This document shows positions 23,093 through 35,200 of a stretch of 64,000 bases of DNA, in pieces; the stretch's first letter is position 1; each line of letters opens with the position of its first letter. The notes beneath the pieces were generated by a model that saw only the letters and a program-made list of their open reading frames with translations, did not search any database and was not told the origin of the DNA. Made by a program: the position numbers and the translations under genes. Origin of the DNA: Eutreptiella sp. 'Long Island Sound 2002' (Eukaryota > Protista > Euglenida); assembly GCA_964036045.1 (NCBI GenBank), contig OZ038378.1, positions 185,752,001 to 185,816,000 of the forward strand, given 5' to 3'.

Positions 23093-26000
23093 GGCGTCAC
23101 TCACAGTAAAACGCAAGAAATGTACACGTGCAACAGCGAGTGCAAATGTGCGGGATCTGGGAAGAAAATGACAGAGAACTTGCACGCAGAACAGATCACT
23201 TTCCCAGGGAGCAACCAAACCACAACCACATCCTAATTTCCCGGTGCCGATAGGCTGGCACACCTGGGGAATGGAACAGGGCCGTCTGCCACCAGCGCTT
23301 CCCACCGATTCTCGGAGAAATGATACCGGTGCAGGTCCTGAAGGTCCCACGTCGTGCTGCCCGCGAATACCAACATCGAATCCTGGAAGCACGACAGCAT
23401 TTGCAGGATGGCGCTTTGGAGCAGTGCGGCAGTGATGGGACAGTGTTGGGGGGTTCAGACAAGAACAGGGCTTTTGCGAATCTGTGAACCATCTGAGGAC
23501 CCAGCTCGGCCCTCGTCGCAAGTCTTGATTACGGACCTGGGTCTTTCCCAGTGGAGGTTTTACGACCCATTTTAGGGTCCAGGGTGAGCAGTGTATTTTA
23601 GCAGCAGCAGCAGCAGCAGCAGCAAGTGTCCAATAAGTTCGAGGCACATCAAATTGGTACCACTCCCTTACAAATCACAATTTGGGTTGGACTTCTGCCA
23701 TCTCGGGCGTGGCTCTCCAGCTGTCTGGGAGCGCTAGCCAATGCTGCAGTGATCGCGCGCAGTGCAGAGTCTTCCCGATGCGTATGTGCCGCAGGGCGCT
23801 CCTCGAGAAAAAAACAAATCCCGGTGCTTTACGCTAAGATGCGTCGGACACGCTGCCAACGGACATCAGTGAAGCAACAACTGCTGCCGGTCAAATGCCC
23901 ATTTTCATACCCTGATGTCGCCTGAGGCCCTTCGTTGGGCCTCAACCGCCGTTGCTCACCGACTATCCACCTTCGCGCGTGCATCAGCTGCCGGCTATCA
24001 CCGTTGGTCAACCGATAGCCATGGCAATCCCTTGCGCAGTGCATTGGGGAAACAGGGAGCTGCTGGTCGCGATCCAGACGGCGGATTGACCCAAATTGGT
24101 CTTTTACGCCAACGACTATTCGAGGCGCCCGGGGACTGCGGGTATTGCACGAACTAATACTGCGTCGAGGGGGACAGGGGGCGTGGCAAAAGCCTGAAGA
24201 GGGTGAGCAAACTCGTGCAACGCGCAGTTCTGTAGCCGCGATCACCCCACGGCGCTTGTCACTAAGTACCGCAGCCTTTCTTCCTTTTCTCTTCTTGTTT
24301 CACGCAGCCTCAGGGTTGGGTGGCAGGCGGGGGGGGGGGGGGTTCAGTTCATTTCAGTTCAGTTCCGGACCCCAACCTCCGCGGCGTGGGCAGGAGGGTC
24401 CGGATGGGGCGGAGGGGGGGGGGGGGCAAATTGTTCCCGGATTTTGGGCGCATTTTGAATCCCCCGTTTCATTCAGAGCATCTTAAATACACACAAGTCT
24501 GGGGGTACGATCCCCTTTTGCCATTCCCCACGAACCCGGGGGGAAATGGGGGGAAGGGGATATCTCTGCCCCGGTTTCCAGGGGCCCCAAAAATACTCCG
24601 GGCGCTGTTGGGGCCCAAAAGTTGGTTCGTTCTCATCGGTCACCGTCGGTGCGGGTTGGGGGGTCCTGAGGGGGGGGGGGGGGACACATAAGCCCCCCCC
24701 CCCCCCCGGCGGTGGCAGGATTGTGGTTCATCGACGGCGCCTCATGCTCAACCGACGCGCCCGCACGTCAAACAGCGGCCTCGAGGTGGCCACCGCCGCG
24801 CATCCCCCGAATGCAGGGACTCGCTTGAAGGGGCCCAGGTCATCAAAGCGCTCCATACATGCACGTCCTGGTATGCATATGCAGCACTGTTCGGCAGTTG
24901 GTTCGGTGCACACATCCACAACATCATCGAGCTATCGGTATGTCAACCCCGAATGGGGAGAAATGTTTCATTGAATCGGGCCAATGAATCGGGGGGCATG
25001 ATTTGGAGAAAACACACTCAATTCAGGGGGCTGGAGGTGGAGGATTAGGTCTTGGGACACTGTGAGGGCTTGTTTGTTGTTGTGGCAGGCTTCGTTTGTG
25101 CATGAAAAACAACTTTTTCAGCAGGCTGCCCACTTTCAGGCAGGTGATAAGAAGGCCCTCAGTGGGATTTGAACTAGTGGTTCAAATCCCACTGATAATC
25201 CCGCTTCAGCTTGCAGTATATGATTGTGACCACTAGGTCACTGAGCTTCGTTCGCTGGCAGGGATCAAGGATCCTGCAACCCACTGAATCGGGCTAACAA
25301 ATCGGGATGAATCGGGGAATTCGGGCCCCGATTCGGGGGGGGGGGGGGGGTTGATATGTGCAGCCTTTCAAACTAAACCTATGTTTGTCACCTTCACTGA
25401 GCCGTGGTTTGTCGGCCAAAACCGCGAGCCTGCATAATACTGTACATCGGTGTACATACTTGAAGGCGGGTTCCAACACCAACACCAGCACCAACACCAG
25501 CCCCAACCGCATTTCTAACCGCCAGTAATTGCCCCCCCAACCGCTTTCACATCCCCTGTGACCGCTCTGCAACCGCTGTGGAATTGCCCCCATCGCCCTC
25601 CCCTAAAGCAAAGCCCTGCCCCAATGCCAACTCGAACACACCTCATAAACGACTGCTGTGTGGCCGTGCCGCGGTAGAGGCACTTGGCCACTGGTCGGGG
25701 ACAGCGGGCCCCTCCACGTGTTGGTCGCGAACCGGTAGGCCCACAGCTCATCGGTATTGTCCTTTGTGTTGACGATGCCACCGAACACAAACATCTCTTG
25801 CCCCCATGAGACTGCGCAGTTGAGAGGGCGGAGGAGCCCCGGCCCAGGGACGCTCTTGAGGGCAATCGGGCCCAAAGGGGGTTTTAAGGGCGGTTGCAAA
25901 GGCCGTTACCGGCGGTTAGAACAGCGGTTAGGAGGCAACGTCTGGCGGCTACAAACCGATTGAAGAGCTATTTGGGACGGACAGAAGCGACGGGCGGGTT

Positions 26001-29000
26001 AACCGTCATACCAAAGAGGGGTAGGTGGACCTCCCCCCCTTAAGCACAATTCTGCCCCTGCCTCCGCCTCCATCTATGTCCCCCAGGGACCAGCCCCTGT
26101 CCTAGCTCACGATGCCCAAGCCGCAACCTAAGAGGTTGCCCTCATCGCTACTCCAGTCCCTGACTTCTGTGGTGGGCGGGTTTTCAACTCCGGGAGGGGG
26201 GGTCAATACAGCCCTCTGGCGAGACCCCCCCCCCCCAAAGGGCTCAATTGACGGGCCCCACCAAAATCCTACCGAGACTGACCCCTGGGCCCCGGGTGAC
26301 CGGGACCCAAAATTCGGCAAAAAAAGAAAATGGGAGTTTGGGAATCAGCGCGTCGAGGAGGTTCAGAAAAGTCATCATTTGCCACGTATTTGATGAAAAA
26401 AAAGTTTGACCATTTTCAATGGTCAGAAAGATTTTTCGGTGCCTTTTGGCGCCAGAGTTCATAATAACTGATTAATGGTCCTGTCAAATGAGCCCTTTTC
26501 CCGAACCCCCCCCCCCCAATTTTGGGGGGCTCTATCAACCCCCCCTCCCCCCTCGCCCGGAGGTCAAAACCCAACTTCCCCTGCCTCGCCCCATCCCCAT
26601 CAGCGCCGTGCCGGTTGTCCAGGTGTCGGATTGGCGAGGACTCTGCGTTTGCGGAAGGCCAGCAGCAGAGACCAGCAGAGCAACAGCAACAAGACACGCC
26701 CGCCAAGCAAAATTGGCCCGCCCCCCCCCCCCCCCCGCACGGTCTGCCGCCCCATGACCACATTCCTGCGCCTCGCCGCAGCCCACCAACCCATCCCCTT
26801 GCCACGGGCCGACGCCGCCCCCGCCCCCGGACCTGCCTCTCGACCGGAAGCGGCGCCTCGGCCACAGCGGCGAGACGCCGACTGCAGCTCAAACAGGAGC
26901 CCCCGGCCGAGTGGGATACCTGCGGTATGCCATGATCTGGGGGATGGCTGAGGGTTCCCGGGTTTCGCTCGCTGCCAATGATCCGTCGAGATGGAGTACA
27001 GCCACACATCGTTGCGGTCGCCCTTCCGCTCTGTACGCCCCCCGAAGAGGTACAACGTCTGCCCATCAGCCACGATGGTATGCGCATAGCGCCCCAGAGG
27101 CCTTGCATCCGGGGACTAAGATTGAGCAGCAGCGGCCGGTGTGGGGGCAACACAAGGAGCCTTCTGAGGGGTCAGACAGGGAGCAGTGCAGGCTCAGAAA
27201 GGGGACGCTGTGTGGGGAGGGTCACGCGAGGACGGTACGGGGCATACAGGGGAGGGGGGGATTTTGCCAGGGGAATCTTTCGCCGTTAAGAAAGGTGGCG
27301 AAATTTTCCCCTGGCGAAATTTTGGCTCAACAGTTCCATCCTTCACCACAGCTGCAGGCATTGTGTTTCCTGAGAAGGGCCAGGCGCGATTACGAACGCG
27401 CCTGAGCCAACTGTTTGTTGTGCAGATGCATGAATTTGACGATCAGGTAACTGGTGCTGGAGGTGCTGGCTTTTTTGCAACAGCTGGAGTATTCACACTA
27501 TGCAGTGCCACTTGCAGCTGCTGGATTTGCATGCATGAAAGAGCTGACATATGTGCCCCCAAGGAGCATATACAGACCGAGAGACAAAAATTTTTTGTCG
27601 AAAATTGAGAGACATTTTGCGAGACACATGCTTTCTTGGAGCTTTGGGGATTTCAAGGGTGGCGAAATTGTCCCCTGGCGAAATCATCCCCTGCGAAATT
27701 GTCCCTGGGCGAAATTTTGCCCCCTCCTGTCACAAGGGGACCGTGTGGGCGATATGATGGGGACGGCGTGGGGGATTGCACAAGAACAAAGTGGGAGTTC
27801 GCACAGTGAGACAGTTTGGAAACGTCACAAAGCGGGTCAGCGCGGGCGCTTTGCACAGCAGTGTCTGCAAAGCCATTACTGGACGACAAATCAGACCCAA
27901 TCGGTGGTTGGGGCTGGAGGACTGACCATACTCACGACAGGGTCCAACACAGACACGGCCACCCACACCACACCACACCCCACACCACACCACCCCGCAC
28001 CACCCAGCACTGCACCACACCAGACTTGCTGGCAGTCAGTGACCTGGGGCTGTCAATGTTCCTCCGACTGTGACAGGGGTGTCCTCATGTCCTCACTCAC
28101 TGACTCACTCACTCACTCACTCACACCCCACCCCACCGCACCAAACCACACCACACCACCGCACCGCACCGCACCGCACTGCACTGCGCCACGCCACCCC
28201 CCAGCCCAACACCCCACCACACCCCACCACATGCGGACCACCCTGGACAATGATTACACCTCAAAACAGGACGCAGTGCCAGGGAAGGCACCTCAACAAG
28301 GGCCGGGATGGATGGGAATGGAGCGGGAAAGGGGCAGGGACACTGGCGGGAACAGCAACAGGAGCATAGAAGGGCTCATGACCAGGGGCAGTGACAGATA
28401 TGCATCTGAGCAGGAGCTGGGACTGGGTAGGCACTGTTGTGTTGAGCCCCGCCAGAGCGGCCGCCCCCTTGACAGTGGGGGTGTTCCTTTTAGAGGCCTC
28501 ACTTCTCCACATGTTTCCTTACACACGTGGTTTCCACCAGTTCGTCGCGTACTGATCCCTGACATTGAGAGCTCGGATGACGGGGACCATCCCCCCCATC
28601 CCCGCGCCAACGGTGGTTGTTCTTATGTCTCGTCATTTCCGGCCACACCACATGACTTTATAAGGGGGTTGAGCATTGCGACTGTGGAGGAGCCCTGGGC
28701 GCCCCCAGTCTTCAATGCCCTCAATTCGTGCCTTTCGCCACCCCTCTGTGTGGCATTCCGTCTGGTTGTTGTTTCCCTACGTGGCCCTGGACAGTCACCC
28801 GTTCTTCCCTCCGCGTGCTGCGTCGGGTTGCTGCTTTCTGTCGACCGCTGCGGCCGGTGCTCTTGTTGGTGGCGTTTCCGCGTTTCCGGAGCCCAGTGGT
28901 TGGTGTGCTGGAGCTGTACTGGATGTGGCAGGATGTGCCATTTGCGCGTCAGCAGCGCCAAGTAGGTGGCGTATTGGGATTGTGCTGGTTGTTGCGGGGG

Positions 29001-32000
29001 TCGTTTGACTGTTTTTGCTGTCCACACACCTCCGTCCTCAAGCCGTCCACAACTTGCCTCGCTGCGTTTCCGTGTGCGTGAGGCCCAGGTGCCCTGCTCC
29101 TCCATGTGTTGTCCCGGCCGTCCACAACATACACTCCCCCACTCCGTGGGTCGCGTGTGCGCAGGGCGCGTTCCTTGTTCGTTGCGGGTCGTGTGCGCTT
29201 CATGGTTGACGTGGGTGGCAGGCGTGCCTGCATGGTGTCCCGGGTGATTTACGCTAAACTGTGACCGCGCCGTCGTCCTTGGTTCTGCCACCCTGGTTTT
29301 GTTGGAGCCCCCCCCCCCCCCCCCCCGCCGCCCTGGATCTTCAGAAGAAGGGTGTGCCACCTGCCAGACATGTATTCCAGTTTTTAACCCTCCACCCCCC
29401 CAGGCCTCCAGTGTCGTCCCATAAACACCAATAGAGAACGCGGCCGGCACTCATGGGGCAGCGGTCAAACCAACGGTTTTTGGCCACTTGTATATGGCAC
29501 AACAATAGTCCTCTAACCTGAGCCCATTTCCCAGCCCCCCCCCCCCCTTTTCATTCTTCAGGGGGTTTGAACGACCCCCGCCCCCGCGTGCATTCGCACC
29601 TTTTTTTGCCCTCCCTTGTGCCGGGCAGAGACAGCGCCCACCTCCAGTGTCAACCACCTCCATGACAATCGCAACCGCTACCATCGCCTTCACGCACAGC
29701 ACCACATCCAAAGCAACAGCAGCATGTAGCAGCAGCAGGAGGCATCGCAATGTCCGACAGGGGCAATGAATCATGAAGGCAGAGCGGGAGAGCGGGGCGG
29801 CCGGAGGGGGGGGGGGCGACGCACTCCTATGTCTTTCTCTGCAATGTCTGCACTGTTCCAACAGCCGCTCGCTGGGATGCCAGAGATGGCGCTGCAAGAG
29901 GACATGGGGGGGTAGGGTCAACATCGGACATGCCACTGGTGGCCGGCAGGGGATCCGAGTTTCAAGGCATCAGCCCCATGCCATGTGCCACTCAGCAGTA
30001 CCCGGCACAGCCCCAGGGGTACGTAGAACCCGACCCCGAGGGACTGAGCGGCAGCTCACTACGTTACTACAACGCCTGTTGACAGCAACCCCGCTCATGA
30101 ACGCCCTTTCCGCCAACGGGGGTGGGTGGCTCAGCACTTGACGACCCGAGTTCAAATCCAGTGCTGCGGAACCTCCACTCTGGTGGGTAGCAGCGGCATT
30201 CCTGAGCCAGTCGGGTGAACGCCTGCTGGACAGAGGATAAGATGTACTGCAGTAAAGGATCGGGCTGCCACTGGGCACATTGGAGGACACACCTGCGACT
30301 GCTGGAGGGTGACCCAAGCATTGGAGCGGGTGTCATAGGCCCCTAAATCGGAGGACTTCTTCTTGTGGCCTTTGCCACCGCCGAACACGTAAATGAAGGG
30401 GGCCGCAAACGTTGCAGAATGATAATAGAAACCCGAAGGCGAAGTCCCTGGGGGCAGTAGACACAGCACAACAGGCGCCTCTTTGTCTTAGGTGGCGTTC
30501 CCTTGTTTGAGGTGACTTCGGTGGTGTGGTTTAGCACGGCGCAGACCCCTCACATGTGTGCACAGCCCTCTCCCTCTGCCTCTGCCTGTGTGTGCATGTA
30601 TGTCTGTGTGTGTGGATAAAGAATACCATATTGAGGAGGAAGACCAGTATGGGCTGGTGGGTCAGGAAATTGTGTGTGTGTGTGTGTGTGTGTGTCACAC
30701 CCAATTATTGAATCCAAACATGGCGTTCGTTGTCATACACCACCTCTACAGCTCTGTTCGCACTGCAGCAATTTTGTGTGCGTGCGCGCGCATGGGCAGG
30801 CGTGTGGGCCTGCATGCGTAAGCATGTGCGCAGGGCGTTTATGTGTTGTGTGTGTGTGTGTGTGCTCTGTATTATTTACAAGGTTGACGGCCATTAATGT
30901 CCTGGCCGCTCTTGCGACGGGAGGGTTAGGGGTTAGCAGGTTAGAGCCTGCCTGTGGCCTGCCCTATCCCACCCCTGGCCCCCCGGTGTGTTGCGGTGCG
31001 GCGGAAGGACGGGCGCTGCGGGCTAAGTGCCCTCCTCGGTAGCCCTCCCATGGCCCTGCTCTGGGCCTTGCGAGCCTCCGTGGGGCAGCACCGCCGCCCC
31101 CGGCCCTGCTGAACCCCCCCCCCCTCCCCCTGATGAGGGAGCCGGCGCTCGCACCAGCCCTCCGAACGCTGGGCACACAGTCTCCACGCAGCCATGGGCA
31201 TCTTCATTGACCGGTACGGAACAATACACCGCATTTTGTAGCAGCTTGCTGCAAACAGCACCCGCAAAGAGAAATGGCAAGCCCGTTATGCCCTTCCGAT
31301 TGCTGGCACGATTGCCTTTTTTTGGGTGCACCTCCTTTGTGTTTTGCGGTCGGCTGCAATTGCACAGGAGGCTGTATAGCTTGACGGGGCCACATGGGAA
31401 GACCATGAGCAAGCCATCCGCAGGCTCGTCACCAACTTGAACGCCGACAAAGGTCCCCCGGAGCCTATACGCTGAATTTATTGAACAAGAAGTGGTACTA
31501 TGGCGACAATTTCATCAGCACCGCTTTGACACAAGCCCAAGAAGAGGTCAATGTGATCTGCCACACCATTCGCAAACACCTGGCTGCACACACAAAAGCT
31601 TGGCCCATGTTATGACCTGTCGCGGAAGTCAGCCGCCTTTGTCTGTTTGGGAAATTTGTGAGCACATCAACATCCCCAAGCACTTTACATCTGCAAGCAG
31701 TGGGGCAGAAATCAATCAATACCTTCGGGCCTAAGCAGATCAGACCACTTTCTTTGTTCCAAGTCATATTTGAAGATCTGGACCACCTTCTCTCGATTTA
31801 GTGTGTGACCTGGATCACCACCTGAAAATGGCGCAGAAGTGGCGAAGATATCTGCCAGTGTCATCATGTTCCCAAACACACAGGCAACTTCAGTGAGGTT
31901 TGGCGGCGCTGCGGCGCATGCCTCAAGACCGCAGGCAGACCTTACGCTGCACCAGCACCTGACTGGAATACATTTTGCACAAAGTGGGCCAGAAAAATGT

Positions 32001-33532
32001 GTTGAGCATCCCAAACGGACCCGCTAATAGAAAATGCATTGTTCTCACTTTTGACCCTTCCCTCGTCCCAAAATGGCTGTTTTCAAAGCTTTTTGGGGGT
32101 TGGCGACCAGAAAAGGGTCAACAATGACTGAAAACGTCCCAAAATCACTTTTGTCTGAGCACATCAAGCGGTCTGCTGACCACTTCTGAATACCTCATTA
32201 CTTTTGAACCCATTTTTCACCCACACCCGTTGTTAGCATACGTCTGACGGAGTTACTGCATGTCCACAATGGACGGGCTGTTGCAGTCCCATCACTCTGC
32301 CTTGGACAAGTCTGACGGTGTTTGTCAAAAGTCCCCAGGCTGCAGTGACAAAAGTGCCCCCAAAAGTTTCCCAGACTCCGGATATCGCTTTTACAACCAC
32401 TGTTGGGGCCAGGGTAACGCAAACTGTTACCCTGGGGGGGGGGGGGGCGAACGAATGGTGATGCAGCGGGCTGCCCAGGCAGACTACCATTACGGATACC
32501 CTACTCACGTGCCAACGGTACCAACGCATGCCCCCCGCCATGCAGAAATGCGACGGACATTCCCGGAAGCGACCACTACGCTTCGCGTTGCAGCTTTGTG
32601 TGGGTGTACTTCTTACTCTAACGTAGAACCAACAGAATTGAAGATGAATCCGCACCGCAACGGTGGATTTCTGATTCTTTGCCATTTCACACGTGCTTGC
32701 TTGCAATACATTGACACCACTGCTCAATCTCTCACCCTTCTCACTCACTCCTTCACTCGCTCACCCACCCACGCACCCCAACTCCCTCGCTACCCCTCAC
32801 ACCTGGGCTCACTCACTCACTTGCCCACCGCTTCCCTCAGTTGCTCACCACCCACACCCACCCACCCAGAGCAGAGCACCACAGCAGCCCGCCTCCAGGA
32901 CTGAGGTTTCAGGCAAGCACCATCTGTCTGGTGGGTGAGGTAGGCACACCTACTAAGTACACGTATTGGTCGATATGGAGCAGCGTGTGGCATGCACGCG
33001 CAGCAGGGGCCGAGTCCGGCTCCACAACACTGAGGTTCTGCCAGTGGTAGACCTGTCGGGGGCCCGAATGCACCCGTGCAGTGTCCCTGGGAGTCTCCCC
33101 TGCTCCATCCCACTCAGGCATGCCCCGTGCGGCGGCGGCGACAAGAGCGGCATCGGCGGGCGCACGGTGCAGCACATCCGCATGTGCAGAAGCAAGATCT
33201 TGCAGATCCATCCGCTTCAAAGGAGGCAGGCCAGCACGGTCCTCCTCGCCAGCAGGTTGGTGCCGAGGCGCTGTGGCTAAGGGCGCAGGTACTCGGGTGT
33301 CCATGCCCCTCTCAGAGACCTCAAGATCCTGATCTTCGGCAGCAGGGGCTGCAGGATCCCATGGCATGTCCCCTGTAGCGCCGTGGCTTCTCGGGAGTGT
33401 CGGAGGCGGCGCATAGATGTCTACGGGCCTTGACAGCCGATTTATGGCCAGGTACAGCACGGCATTGCTTACCATGAAAAAGAGGGCGACGGCAACGCCG
33501 GCAAGAGCACGTGCATGCCACCGCCAGCGCAT
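21314..33532 (-). CDS. Type II membrane-anchored Kelch-repeat (six-bladed beta-propeller) protein, 7 exons
   Basis: Phase-consistent GT-AG exons: 33532-32950, 31821-31723, 30447-30293, 27115-26920, 25811-25642, 23382-23264 and 21443-21314. Six Kelch motifs: ARACHT..VYLVGG, GFYYHS..IYVFGG, GRYAHT..LYLFGG, PRSWHT..MFVFGG, PRHGHT..MLVFAG and PRYTHA..MYMHGG, the first five followed by a Y...W. N-terminal hydrophobic ALAGVAVALFFMVSNAVLYLAI. The end (TGA at 21316-21314 versus a splice at 21318) is uncertain. Confidence 0.9.
21590..22985. repeat. (CAACA)n pentanucleotide satellite with ATGAA variant units, in Kelch intron 6
   Basis: ~1.4 kb of acaca/caaca with periodic acacaATGAA and gcacaATGAA variants. 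It generates the spurious HNTTQ and CCVVL ORFs. Confidence 0.98.
24328..24710. mobile_element. Family A MITE, complete copy with a 9-bp TSD
   Basis: GGTGGCAGG at 24319-24327 and 24711-24719. The termini are a G-run on the left and a C-run on the right, forming inverted ends. Confidence 0.8.
24973..25326. mobile_element. Small TIR element (GAATCGGG termini) containing a perfect hairpin
   Basis: gaatcgggcc at the left and ggccccgattc at the right, with internal gaatcggg repeats and a 16-bp perfect inverted repeat at 25159-25195. Confidence 0.5.
26192..26548. mobile_element. MITE-like element with G-rich TIRs
   Basis: Left gggagggggggtcaatacagccc versus reverse complement of the right end gggaggggggttgatagagccc. 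No clean TSD seen. Confidence 0.6.
27248..27727. mobile_element. TIR element with subterminal GGCGAAATT repeats and an internal coding-like fragment
   Basis: Left ggggattttgccaggggaatctttcgcc versus reverse complement of the right end ggggcaaaatttcgcccagggacaatttcgcc. Several ggcgaaatt units occur at both ends. Confidence 0.6.
27955..28235. repeat. Degenerate pentamer (CACAC/CACCA/GCACC) and (CACT)n simple repeats
   Basis: acaccacaccccacaccacacc, cactcactgactcactcactcac and gcaccgcaccgcaccgcac are read directly. Confidence 0.8.
30670..30865. repeat. (TG)n runs with family H repeat copy 2
   Basis: gtgtcacacccaattattgaatccaaacatggcgttcgttgtcatacaccacctctacagctctgttcgcactgcagca aligns with 13672-13755. 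Confidence 0.7.
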
Positions 33533-34599
33533 GCGCCCAGCAGGCCACAGGGCATGGAGGCTATGCACAAGGATGTTTCAAAAGAGCAGAGGCTGTGAGG
33601 GTAATGGCTGCACACGTGTACACTGCCCACGTGACGAGAGTAATTGTCACAAAGCTATGCTGCGAACTGCAAGGTGCTGATATGCCGGGTGTGACACCTA
33701 AAACCTGCAAGTCCAAATAAATTCGAGATGCGCATGGGAAAAATTGATCACCAGAGCTATTGGGTGCACACCGCCACTTATGGGGACTTATGGACACTGA
33801 TGGCAATTGCATCACCTAGAATTGCACATGGCAAAATAAAACAGAGCAAGAAGTGCCTTTGCATCTCCCGATAAGCGATAAGGAATGTCGAGTGATACTG
33901 TCCTGGCAATTAAAATTGCTTGGAGGAGATATTTGAGATACTTGACACTCCCAATCACCATAACCACAATCCCACTCACCACACTGACACACCCACTCCC
34001 TATGCTGACACTCCCACTATTGCCATTGCTGTTGGCTGTCCAATACAGGGGCTAAAATGACACGTGAACCAAGATTAGCAAAATGGCTTTAAGGCCATTG
34101 TCACCCGCATAAATCTGCTGTGTGCCTGAGCGGGGCTACTCAAGTTGAGATTGAAAAAGCGTCATCCAAGGCATCAACGTTTAGGACACATTCGCACAAA
34201 ATGCATATTTGTAAGGTGTGTGCGACCATGCACTTCATCATCGGGAGGAACAGGAAGGCGAACATCTGAACTGCGTGAACTGAATACAGCAACTGCACTG
34301 ATTGGAACTGGAATGGCAATGAAGGCCGTCTGAAGGCAGGCGCGGCTGGGGCTAAGTGGCGGATCCTCAACTGACCTTTTGAGGGTCCCTGCCATAAGGG
34401 GGACTATGGTTACATACCAAAATTTGTTATTTGATACACTTGCTACTGTCACCATTATTGTAATTACATGGTCACACCTCTCCATGAGTATGTTCTTGTG
34501 TGGATGTTGTTGTTCTTTGTTCCGTTATTAAGGTTTGTGTCTTTCTTGAGGTGCTTGTTGGTTGTCATATCGGGGGAGTGGCAGAGGTAAAGGCTTTTG

Positions 34600-35200
34600 G
34601 CAGTTCAATGCATGTGGTCAGGCCTGTGCTTAATTTTTTTTTGGCAAGGGTCGTGCCCCCCCTCGGACCCGATTTGCATATATGGATTAAGATTGCTGTG
34701 CTGGGAACAATTGCAAGCCTATGTCAAAGCGTTTCAAGAATTTCTTTCTCAGCTTACAATCTTCTCTCAACAAGGGGTTGTCTTGCTATCAGGGGAGCGC
34801 ATCTCCTATCTCCCCGACGCAGATGTGGAGAGCATTTGTTGCAGCAAGTAAAGCGGGAAACATGCCCCGGTGGTCATCAGCGTGGGTGTTGGGGCTTTTG
34901 GGTGATGAGCCACATGGGCAAAAAAGCACATTAGTTCTAGCCTTCCACCTCCCATTGTAAGTGCAGGCAAATTACCAGCAATTTTCCTAGCTGCCGCTGC
35001 TAGCAAAAGTTGCTGAGGACAGAGGAAGGTTTCCAGGGCTGGGGCCAGAAATTGGAGGGTGCTAATGCAAGAAGACATTGGGAAGTGGGGAAATTTTGGC
35101 GACCAGCTGAACCCTTGCCAAATACACAAGCAACATTGCCATCAATGTCCCCAAACCCTTGTACAACCTGGTAGACTTTCAAAAAAATTAATGGTTCTCT
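34600..35200 (+). pseudogene. Possible decayed LTR-retrotransposon gag remnant
   Basis: QAYVKAFQEFLSQL resembles the retrotransposon gag helix, and a degenerate Cys/His cluster (CQIHKQHCHQCP) follows downstream. Frames are broken. Confidence 0.3.

Noticed and set aside
21488-23647. 719-aa, 488-aa and 452-aa CCVVL ORFs and HNTTQ ORFs
   Set aside because: They are translations of the CAACA satellite, which lies inside Kelch intron 6.
23700-24960. Protein-like frames inside Kelch intron 5
   Set aside because: Not needed for the Kelch model (exon 5 joins exon 6 in phase), broken by stops and split by a MITE; probably an old TE.
25159-25290. tRNA gene
   Set aside because: A B-box-like motif is present but no cloverleaf can be folded.
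27454-28965. 503-aa plus-strand ORF
   Set aside because: A chance read-through of a TIR element, pentamer repeats and another repeat; only the short SAM-like piece is noted.
28600-29320. Probable interspersed repeat in Kelch intron 3
   Set aside because: It looks like a non-coding element, but no second copy or clear termini were found within this window.
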